Below are positions 40,813-48,256 of a DNA stretch of 64,000 bases, one piece after another. Source of the DNA: a virus; the IMG/VR virus record IMGVR_UViG_3300020390_000003, positions 1 through 64,000 of that record, one strand, 5' to 3'. The position numbers were made by a program, and so were the translations under genes. Position 1 is the stretch's first letter; each line of letters begins with the position of its first letter. The notes under the pieces are model-generated. The model saw only the letters and a program-made list of their open reading frames with translations. It was not told the DNA's origin and searched no databases.

Positions 40813-41103
40813 ATGGCAAAATTTAGAAAAAAACCGGTAGTTATTGAAGCAATTACATTTAATGAGTTTGTAGAGTATGGAAAAACTCAAATGCCGTCAG
40901 AGCATTTAAATGATGGGATGCCTTGGAGTTTCAACTATGGAGGACATCAAGTAACACACGAAAATGACGAATGTTACTTAATACCGACATTAGAAGGAAC
41001 ACACAATTTTACCCCTAAAGATGTTCTTATTACAGGGGTTAATGGAGAAATATATCCTTGTAAAATAGAGATATTCGAAAAAACCTATGAACCTGCAGAC
41101 TAA
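40813..41103 (+). CDS. Conserved small phage protein (RKKPVVIEA...IPTLEG...GEIYPCK..IF.KTY family)
   Basis: Recognisable widespread phage family motifs. Confidence 0.75.
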   Translation: MAKFRKKPVVIEAITFNEFVEYGKTQMPSEHLNDGMPWSFNYGGHQVTHENDECYLIPTLEGTHNFTPKDVLITGVNGEIYPCKIEIFEKTYEPAD

Positions 41104-41831
41104 TGGCTGAGACACTAACATTTTCTGAACAGAATAAGGGATGGACGGGCGAAAGTCCGTTTAAGCCCGGTGGTATGACCTTGCTCAATAACAGGTTTTA
41201 TACCTTTAAAAACGGGCAACTCTACTTGCATAATGACGCCGATAATCCCGTGCGCTGCAATTTTTATAGGGAGCAATTTTACCCACGAGTAAAAACGGTG
41301 TTTAATGATAATCCGGAGACCGACAAGATTTTTAAGAACCTTGTGACCGAAGGAGATAGCAAATGGAAGGTGTTAGTAGAAACCAACTTTGTACAGTCTA
41401 GCATTCGCACCAATGAGTTTGTGACTAAGGAAAGTAGAGAATTTGCATACCTAAGACAAGCGGAGTCAGAAACATCGTTACGCGGCGGCGCTGCACAAGG
41501 CATAGGAAACATCAAAACCATTGACAACCTCACGATCACGGTGACTAAAACGCCAGACAATTTAAATAATGGTGACGCGCTGTTTCAAGTTAATGGTAGT
41601 GGTGATCAAGAATTGATAGGTGTAATTACAGACCATACTTCGAGCAGTATTACAGTAGCCTCCGCAGCCGTGGTTCCCGAGGAAAATGCGTATTGCTTTA
41701 TCAAGAAAGTAAGCAGAATAGAAGGTGCCGAAATACGTGGGTATTATATGGAAGTCACTCTTGAGTTAGAAAGTACAGGACCGGCCGAGTTGTTTGCAAT
41801 AAGCACCAATGCAGTTAAAAGCGGATTATGA
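41103..41831 (+). CDS. Tail stabilisation protein, separated C-terminal part
   Basis: 'TLTFSEQNKGW...LNNRFYTFKNGQLYLHN...VFND.P..DKIFKNL...GYY.EV.L.....ELFA'. Confidence 0.7.
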   Translation: MAETLTFSEQNKGWTGESPFKPGGMTLLNNRFYTFKNGQLYLHNDADNPVRCNFYREQFYPRVKTVFNDNPETDKIFKNLVTEGDSKWKVLVETNFVQSSIRTNEFVTKESREFAYLRQAESETSLRGGAAQGIGNIKTIDNLTITVTKTPDNLNNGDALFQVNGSGDQELIGVITDHTSSSITVASAAVVPEENAYCFIKKVSRIEGAEIRGYYMEVTLELESTGPAELFAISTNAVKSGL

Positions 41832-42241
41832 TGCAAGCACGCCTTTTAGAAAACAGCGATTATCCTACGCTTGTAAAATGGTGGACCGACAACCGGTTTA
41901 CACCGATAAGATTTGATTATCTACCGCAGGTTAATGGCGAGTTGCAAGGTATTATGGTTTTTAATGAAACCGACTTAATCTGCGCCGGATTTATAATAGA
42001 TACCACCATAAAAAAAGGCGCAATGTTAGAATACATTGTCGCCAATTTTGATATTAAAGATCGAGACTTACGCAAGAAAGCAATCAACCTGCTTATTGAT
42101 ACGATGTGCGCCACGTGTAAAGCAATGGGGAAAACTTTTGTATTCACCAGCCTTAAAAACCACGGACTACAAGCGCGATTTAAAGATTGCGATTTTGTTG
42201 TAGGAAGCAATAATACGTGTGAAATGATTAGGTCGCTTTAA
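41828..42241 (+). CDS. GNAT-like protein (T7 gp13-like position)
   Basis: 'DYPTLVKWW', 'ICAGF', precedes ejection genes. Confidence 0.6.
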   Translation: MMQARLLENSDYPTLVKWWTDNRFTPIRFDYLPQVNGELQGIMVFNETDLICAGFIIDTTIKKGAMLEYIVANFDIKDRDLRKKAINLLIDTMCATCKAMGKTFVFTSLKNHGLQARFKDCDFVVGSNNTCEMIRSL

Positions 42242-42680
42242 AAGTTAACTCTTGACCACTTAATGAATGAAATATATTTTGTAGGTTATGCAGAAAATGA
42301 GCTCTTGGATATCCAGATTTATTACCTAGTTCTATTTCAGCAAACTCACCTTTTAAGTAAATATTTATTCTGCCTCTAGGAATTACATCAATAATGTAGT
42401 GACTATCAGAATCTTTTCGACACTCTTGTATTTTATCTAATATTTCTCGGGTTAGTTGGATTGGTTTTAAATATTCAATCCATTGACCTGTTGAGTCTTT
42501 AAACTTATCTTCTTTAGCATAGACCGTTATGCTTGCTGAGGGTTCATTTGCTAATCCGGGCTTAACTCTATCGGTATTAATTCCAGAAACCACCATAACC
42601 TTATCCTTCAAATCTGGTCTGTGTTTCTTATTTTCTACTAACACCAAATTTCCAATTCTTAATTCGTTTGATTGTATCAT
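42228..42680 (-). CDS. YopX-like phage protein
   Basis: 'NELRIGNLV', 'KPIQLT.E.L', 'LHNLQNIFHSLSGQEL'. Confidence 0.7.
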   Translation of the reverse strand: MIQSNELRIGNLVLVENKKHRPDLKDKVMVVSGINTDRVKPGLANEPSASITVYAKEDKFKDSTGQWIEYLKPIQLTREILDKIQECRKDSDSHYIIDVIPRGRINIYLKGEFAEIELGNKSGYPRAHFLHNLQNIFHSLSGQELTFKAT

Positions 42681-42942
42681 TTCCCGGTTATTTTTGACTT
42701 GTTAAGTGCCACTCTTTACACTTAGAACATTGGTAGGCGTTCATACGTGATCTTTTGCGCAGTTTTCCTTTTACGTATAAGTGTTGGTATTCGGGAAGTT
42801 TACGCATTAGTTTAGCGGCAAGTTCTGCATCCTCTTTGCTTACATAAGATTTTTTAAAGCATAAAGGCATTGTTTTGAGTTTAGTGATTAAAAAAGCCTC
42901 AAGAGTTGCATTGAGGCTTTTTGTATTTTCGGCTAGGGTATT

Positions 42943-43341
42943 CTATATGTTGCCAGTGAAATTGAGTCCGTCACGCGCATTGCGATAATTCAAGGGGTAA
43001 AAGACGGTAGCTTCAAGAGTAGTAGATTTATTATAATGTTTTTGGCCAGCCCTATATAAATCAGGTTCTAGTACGCGCCCCACATTACTAAATTGCGAAG
43101 TAATTTTATCTACTTCTACTCCCGTTTTGATATCGTCAGCAGCAGATACCGGAAGCACCACAGCATTAATATCAAGTACTGCAACATCAGCCACAGCAAC
43201 AATTACATTTTGAGAAACCATATCGTCAATAGACAATACGACATTCTCTTTTTGATCTTCGGCACGGACAGATGTAGAACTGTAACCGCTGCTTACCCCT
43301 ACTAAAAGCATAAGCATCAAAGCCATAAACATTCGTTTCAT
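42943..43341 (-). CDS. Secreted hypothetical protein
   Basis: Clear signal peptide; own promoter and terminator (about 42890-42921). Confidence 0.6.
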   Translation of the reverse strand: MKRMFMALMLMLLVGVSSGYSSTSVRAEDQKENVVLSIDDMVSQNVIVAVADVAVLDINAVVLPVSAADDIKTGVEVDKITSQFSNVGRVLEPDLYRAGQKHYNKSTTLEATVFYPLNYRNARDGLNFTGNI

Positions 43342-43437
43342 ACCTCAAATATAAAAATTAATTATACTTAGTTTATATTTAAACTATACTTTTATTCTAT
43401 TAAATTTGCAATAAGTATAATTTTAATAGATACTACA

Positions 43438-44157
43438 ATGGCCATCGCAACTTCGGCTGCTATTATGGGCGGCGCAGCATTAGCAGGATCAGGACTACAA
43501 ATAGCGCAGGGAGCAAAGCAAACACGTGATGCTAAACGCGCTATGAATAACTTTGAGCGTCAAACCTTAGAGAATGTGTATGAAGATATGCCTATCTCGT
43601 TATTAGGATCTAATTTACGTAGGCAAGATGCGAGTCAGACTACTGCAGATTTAACCAATGCCGCACAAGGAGCCGGAATACGCGGTGTATTTGGAGCGCT
43701 TCCTAGAATACAAGCCGGTGCCAATGATGCTGCACGTCAAAACCAACTTGATGTAGATAACCAAGTGTCACGCCGTAACTATGCTATTGCCGGTGATAAT
43801 GCGCGTATTCAAAACATACAAGAAAACCGCGATAATCAAGAACTTGCCGGAATAGGCCAGCAGCTTGCCGTAGGTCAACAAAACACGTGGTCTGGTATTC
43901 AAGGTGCTTTTAATGGTATAGGAATGGCTGCATCCGGATTATCGGGTACTATTGGCGGTGATGGAGCCACTGCTGCAGCAGGAGGAAGTCAAACCCCTAT
44001 GATGCTACCTACTATACCGGCAATGCAATTAGGAAGTGGTATTCCTTCTATGCCAGGTTACATGTCACCTGTAAGTCAAGCTTCACCAATAGACGATTAT
44101 TATAGACGTCAAGAAGAACGCCGAATGTATGAAGAAGCGGCTCCTAAACGTTTTTAG
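43438..44157 (+). CDS. Internal virion / ejection protein 1
   Basis: Gly/Ala-rich hydrophobic N-terminus, Q/A-rich helices. Confidence 0.65.
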   Translation: MAIATSAAIMGGAALAGSGLQIAQGAKQTRDAKRAMNNFERQTLENVYEDMPISLLGSNLRRQDASQTTADLTNAAQGAGIRGVFGALPRIQAGANDAARQNQLDVDNQVSRRNYAIAGDNARIQNIQENRDNQELAGIGQQLAVGQQNTWSGIQGAFNGIGMAASGLSGTIGGDGATAAAGGSQTPMMLPTIPAMQLGSGIPSMPGYMSPVSQASPIDDYYRRQEERRMYEEAAPKRF

Positions 44158-44200
44158 AAAAAACTTACTATCTTAGCTTCATAATCAACACCGGGAACTT

Positions 44201-44689
44201 ATGAAGCTTTTTTTATACTCAATCCTCAGTATATTTTTACTTAGCGCTTGCTCAAGCACAGATGATACCGCTATTGATCAAAAAACAGAAATAGAAGGTA
44301 ATAACGAATTGCAAGGGGTTTGGATTCTTGAAAATAAAATAAATAAAAATTCTAAAGCCGAAATAACTACTGATTGTGATTTACAACACGGTAAAATTAT
44401 TTTTACAGAAAGAGGTAGTGAAGCTGAAATAACAATAGGGTCTATAAATACAGTGGGTGATTGTGAAAAATCGATAACATCATTTAATCAAGTTTTTATT
44501 AATCCAAGGTTAAGGCTGAGGATATTGACTCCTTATGATGTAAATAAACCTGATTTAGAATACGAGTATGAAGCTTATTTTTTAGGAGATAAATTATCTA
44601 TAACTTTTATTGGAAAAGGAGAGATAGGATACCCTAAAGATTACATTACTGTTTCTGAACAAGAAACTTTCATATATAGAAAACAATAA
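44201..44689 (+). CDS. Lipoprotein (lipocalin-like), moron candidate
   Basis: Lipobox 'LLSAC', 'LQGVWIL'; followed by terminator. Confidence 0.7.
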   Translation: MKLFLYSILSIFLLSACSSTDDTAIDQKTEIEGNNELQGVWILENKINKNSKAEITTDCDLQHGKIIFTERGSEAEITIGSINTVGDCEKSITSFNQVFINPRLRLRILTPYDVNKPDLEYEYEAYFLGDKLSITFIGKGEIGYPKDYITVSEQETFIYRKQ

Positions 44690-44709
44690 AGGGGCCGAAG
44701 CCCCTATTT

Positions 44710-45324
44710 TTATAATCTTACTTGCGTAAATACCTGTTCTAATATTTGAGCAGGGTACATCTTGACTTTACCAAAACGAGGATCCGGTATTTCATCAGTT
44801 AGCAATCCTTTCTCTTTACATAATTTTGAAGCTGCACGTCCTAGACGGCTTGCTAGTTTAATGTTTACAGACACCCCGTTAAGATTGCCATATCCTACTA
44901 CTGTAAAATATTCCGGGCGTGTACTTGTTTTAGCTTTAAGTTCCCCTACTTCACGTCTTACTTCTGCTAAAGCCTCCTGATTTTCACGCATCATACGTAT
45001 GGATTGTTCCATAATATCAAGGGTGCTCATAGGTTTACTTTGTGCTTTTTCAAGTTCTTCCCATCGCAATATCAACTTTGCACGAGCTTCATCATTAAAC
45101 TTTGTAGCAATATATAAACTTTCGGTTTTTGAAAGTTGATACATTGGTTTTGCACGATTCTGAGAATCAATATAAGAGGTCAATCCAAATTTGGATTGAC
45201 CTAAATTAACCCAAGTTTCTTCCATCTTGCGAATATCACGCATTAAATGACCGTGATTTTTACCTGTTACTTCTGAAATTTGTAAACTGGTTATTTTACC
45301 GTTGTCTAAAACTAAATTTCTCAT
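44710..45324 (-). CDS. Rha-family antirepressor/regulator
   Basis: 'ITSLQISEVTGKNHGHLMRDIR', 'MYQLSKTESLYIATKFNDEARAKLILRWEELE'. Confidence 0.88.
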   Translation of the reverse strand: MRNLVLDNGKITSLQISEVTGKNHGHLMRDIRKMEETWVNLGQSKFGLTSYIDSQNRAKPMYQLSKTESLYIATKFNDEARAKLILRWEELEKAQSKPMSTLDIMEQSIRMMRENQEALAEVRREVGELKAKTSTRPEYFTVVGYGNLNGVSVNIKLASRLGRAASKLCKEKGLLTDEIPDPRFGKVKMYPAQILEQVFTQVRL

Positions 45325-45629
45325 AGCGCATTTGTATTAAGATTAGACAATGTAGTTTGGTGAGTCAACAACTCTTTTAAAGAAGCAATGAGCGTGATTT
45401 GTTGTTGTAGGCTATTGACAATTTGAGAAGCAGTTTTCGGCTTAAAACTGCTTTGTTTAGAAAGCACATAATTAACTAGTTGATGATGCGCTTTTAAATG
45501 ATCACTAATATCTGCTTGCTCATAAAATTCAGAAAGCTTGTCATGTAAAACTTGCGAATTGGCTTTAACAAATAATTGATTTGCAATTTGAGAATTGCGT
45601 TTACTGGTTTTCTTTTCTGTGTTTCGCAT
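45321..45629 (-). CDS. Hypothetical protein translationally coupled to Rha gene
   Basis: Start codon lies in an antisense target repeat. Confidence 0.6.
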   Translation of the reverse strand: MRNTEKKTSKRNSQIANQLFVKANSQVLHDKLSEFYEQADISDHLKAHHQLVNYVLSKQSSFKPKTASQIVNSLQQQITLIASLKELLTHQTTLSNLNTNAL

Positions 45630-45800
45630 TAGAAAAAAATTAAATTAAACAATAAGAGCGTAGCTCCCTCTAAGTTGCGAAACACACCAGTTGACGAGCA
45701 AATGGAATCGAGAGAGACTACGCCTGTATTGTAGCCTAAATATTCGGTAAAAAAAAGATTGAAATACTCAATCAACTGTATGTTTCGCATTTCAAACATA
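45617..45800 (-). ncRNA. c4-like antisense RNA / leader switch
   Basis: TGCGAAACA sense copies at the transcript 5' end and at the start codon; complementary copy in a hairpin loop; TAnnTTTG promoter at 45793-45800. Confidence 0.6.
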
Positions 45801-45890
45801 CAAAAGAAATTTTAATCTACACCATTAGTACTTAAAAAAAATAAATGTTACAGTATTGTTCAATCAAATAACGGTGTATTATAGTAAAGG

Positions 45891-46063
45891 TTAGATAGGT
45901 GGATTTACCTGAGCTAAGAATTGATAGCCTTTGGTTCAACCTCATTTTTAAAATGCACAAGAAACTTTTTCACACAAGCTGTGTAAGTCTTACGGGTGCT
46001 TGGTGAGTTGTATTTTAACTCACAATCTCTCGAATACTTAGTTAACCATTTTCGAGTATTCAT
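45891..46063 (-). pseudogene. Integron-type tyrosine integrase with large internal deletion
   Basis: N-terminal SAM-like 'LKYNSPSTRKTYTACVKKFLVHF' joined out of frame to a C-terminal remnant 'QFLAQVNPPI*'. Confidence 0.7.
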
Positions 46064-46099
46064 AATTGACGTGTTAATTTTATTGGTGTTAGTGATGGG

Positions 46100-46126
46100 T
46101 TTGCATATATAGTAGTTGTGTGCAAT
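46100..46126 (+). other. attI-like primary recombination site
   Basis: CATATATAGTA-GTTGTGTGC about 50 bp upstream of the integrase start, resembling an attC right arm; first GTT of the array. Confidence 0.6.
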
Positions 46127-46316
46127 AAAAAATTGATGCAGCCCACTTAACCGATATTCCGTTCGGGTTGCTTTCACACCTCGGTGGGAAGTATTAACGA
46201 GCTTTGGACACTCTTACTTTTTAAGGTTTCTAATACATTAGTGGTAATCCCGCTGGTTTCTGCATCAATTCAATTTTTTACTGTTCACTTCGCCATACAA
46301 CAACGTATAACAAAAA

Positions 46317-46463
46317 TTACTTACTATTCGTTTCTTGATGAAGTTTGTTTATCATATAGCTTATCAGCCCACTAAAGTTCTCAACTCCAAGCACCAAAAC
46401 AGATAAGTCATTACCCTTTTGGTGCATTTCGTCAGTTATTGTAATTGTTACTTTTTTAGTCAT
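46317..46463 (-). CDS. 48-aa ribbon-helix-helix-like protein (not in ORF track)
   Basis: MTKKVTITITDEMHQKGNDLSVLVLGVENFSGLISYMINKLHQETNSK; alternating beta strand then helices. Confidence 0.55.
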   Translation of the reverse strand: MTKKVTITITDEMHQKGNDLSVLVLGVENFSGLISYMINKLHQETNSK

Positions 46464-46464
46464 T

Positions 46465-46644
46465 TTAAAAAATTAGTTTAGCGTTTAATATTCCTTTTTC
46501 AGTAAAGTCAACTTTTTTTAATTCCTTATAATCACATTCAGGATAAAAAGAAAGTAAATCTTTTGCGCATTCTCTATTGCTAATAGTCCAACCTATTTGT
46601 TTAGTTATTAAATCAACTAATTTTTTAAAATTTTGTAAGTACAT
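46465..46644 (-). CDS. Small hypothetical protein inside the attC1 loop
   Basis: MYLQNF start; TAnnTTTG promoter at 46672-46679 with TTTG at 46699-46702. Confidence 0.55.
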   Translation of the reverse strand: MYLQNFKKLVDLITKQIGWTISNRECAKDLLSFYPECDYKELKKVDFTEKGILNAKLIF

Positions 46645-46794
46645 AATATCTGTTTTTAATTGTTTACTTGTCAAAGATAGTAAATACTTTATACATACCA
46701 AACAAATACAATAATTTTTTTCACGTAACTTTTGTTATACAATTCCGTTAGCCTACAATAGCCCATCGAGGGCACGCAATCAAACCAGTAAAAA

Positions 46795-46962
46795 TCAATT
46801 CTCCACCAAAGGTTTTAAGCAAAGTCTGGCTTCATTTGCATACTGCTTTAACGTATCAATTTGATAGTCTGTAATTGGTTTCTTTTGGTTGAGAATACGC
46901 CACATATAGGTATTGTAACAATGTGCATTATGTATTCTTTGTTCTTTCTCTGAAGCATCCAT
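46795..46962 (-). CDS. Cassette 2 gene, hypothetical protein
   Basis: MDASEKEQ...; enclosed by 16-bp inverted repeat 46745-46760 / 46995-47010. Confidence 0.55.
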   Translation of the reverse strand: MDASEKEQRIHNAHCYNTYMWRILNQKKPITDYQIDTLKQYANEARLCLKPLVEN

Positions 46963-47001
46963 AGTGATGATTTTTAATAGTTTAAAAGATTGCTTATTGT
47001 A

Positions 47002-47178
47002 GGCTAACGGGCGGTGTATGGCCACGCATCGGCAATCGTCGGTTAATATTTGTTCAATTCATTTATAATTCGATTGGCTACAGATAGCTAACAAAATGTA
47101 AAGCTTATAGATGCGTAGCTCAATCGGCTTTTACGTGTATGCTACGCATCCACAAGCCTTACACACCGCCCGTTGTGC
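47002..47178 (+). repeat. attC-like site 2 (nested, double-headed)
   Basis: Outer AACGGGCGGTGT/ACACCGCCCGTT; inner GCTAAC-aaaa-TGTAA..GATGCGTAGC/GCTACGCATC..TTACA. Confidence 0.8.
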
Positions 47179-47184
47179 ATAATA

Positions 47185-47604
47185 CTACAACTCGATTTGT
47201 AAATTGATATTACCAGACAAAACGCTTTCAATATCAATGGTGTATCTTAATTCGTGCCATATTGCAACCTTGTAGTTATTCCATTCCATATACTTTTTTT
47301 CTTTGTACTTGTCTTTAACCTCTTTAAGCCTTTCTCTTTTTGCTTTTGGTAGTTTAGAAGTGCAGAAGTATGCTAATCTCAAATCAACCTTATCCAAGGT
47401 TAAAGAATCTCGCCAATGAGATAGTTGTGCGTTTACATCACCTAATTCAAATTCTAATCCATCGGCAAAAAGTATATTATCTTTGTACTTTTTTAAAGTG
47501 GTTTGTTCAGCTATTTCCGTTATTTGCTTTTCAATAGCTTTAACAGTTGCGTTTGCACTAAAGCGTTTTTGTAGTGCTTCTATTAAAAATTTTTGTAATT
47601 CCAT
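47185..47604 (-). CDS. Cassette 3 gene, hypothetical protein
   Basis: 139-aa ORF exactly filling the space between GTTGTGCATAATAC and GTACTATGCACAAC. Confidence 0.75.
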   Translation of the reverse strand: MELQKFLIEALQKRFSANATVKAIEKQITEIAEQTTLKKYKDNILFADGLEFELGDVNAQLSHWRDSLTLDKVDLRLAYFCTSKLPKAKRERLKEVKDKYKEKKYMEWNNYKVAIWHELRYTIDIESVLSGNINLQIEL

Positions 47605-47614
47605 ACCGTACTAT

Positions 47615-47746
47615 GCACAACACTATATATAATTAATAGCCTGTGTTGTGCTTAATTTAAAGGCTATTAAGTGTTTAATAATTCAGTTTTAATTCGATAG
47701 GCAATCGCTTATTTACGTCTACTAATCATATATTTTAACGTTAGGA
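47615..47746 (+). repeat. attC-like site 3
   Basis: GCACAAC-acta-TATATAATTAATAG ... CTACTAATCATATA-ttttaac-GTTAGGA. Confidence 0.75.
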
Positions 47747-47770
47747 AAAATGTCCTAAAGGCACGTATTG

Positions 47771-47953
47771 CTACGCTTTTAAAATTTGGTCAACCTCATT
47801 GTCCGTTAATTGTCCGGTGTGTTCATAGCCTTGCTTTAACCCATATTCTAAAACCTTTTTAACTTGTAATTTAGTCATAGGCTTACCTTTATGAGTAAAG
47901 GCTTTATAACTTCTGTCTAATTGGGTTAAAGCACCCTCAATATCTGCATTCAT
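47771..47953 (-). CDS. Cassette 4 gene, hypothetical protein
   Basis: 60-aa ORF between attC3 and attC4. Confidence 0.6.
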   Translation of the reverse strand: MNADIEGALTQLDRSYKAFTHKGKPMTKLQVKKVLEYGLKQGYEHTGQLTDNEVDQILKA

Positions 47954-47989
47954 ATTATTAATTTTAAATTCCTTCGCTTGCTCGATTGC

Positions 47990-48160
47990 CTCTAACGGTC
48001 AGGGTATGTCTACACATCGACAATCAATATGTGTATTTGCTATTTAAAGACTTACGCTAAGTCAACTACATCTAACAAAATATATACTCCATAGATGCGT
48101 AGCCAATGCTTCTCCTGTGTAGGCTACGCCTCCACGAAGCATATACCCTGACCGTTAAAC
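47990..48160 (+). repeat. attC-like site 4 (nested, paralogous to site 2)
   Basis: Outer TAACGGTCAGGGTAT/ATACCCTGACCGTTA (15 bp perfect), ends GTTAAAC (GTTRRRY). Confidence 0.8.
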
Positions 48161-48256
48161 CGCCACTAAACTAATCTTTAATTTATACTAGATATAATTA
48201 TAATGCTATTAATTTTCTATTAAATTTGTATTTAGTATAGATTTTGATTATAGAAA

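Larger units (their letters stand above)
46294..46753 (+). repeat. attC-like site 1 with about 400-bp loop
   Basis: CATACAAC-aac-GTATAACAAAAATTAC ... GTAACTTTTGTTATAC-aattcc-GTTAGCC. Confidence 0.7.

Noticed and set aside
46064-46177. N-terminal extension of the 87-aa ORF 45914-46177 and the + strand ORF 46184-46375
   Set aside because: They run across the attI-like site, the structured cassette and the attC1 arm; the integrase-like sequence begins at Met 46063.
46115-48160. CRISPR array or REP/MITE interpretation of the spaced repeats
   Set aside because: Units are long, dissimilar palindromes separated by whole genes with AAC/GTT cores; no constant direct repeat, no cas genes, no target-site duplications.
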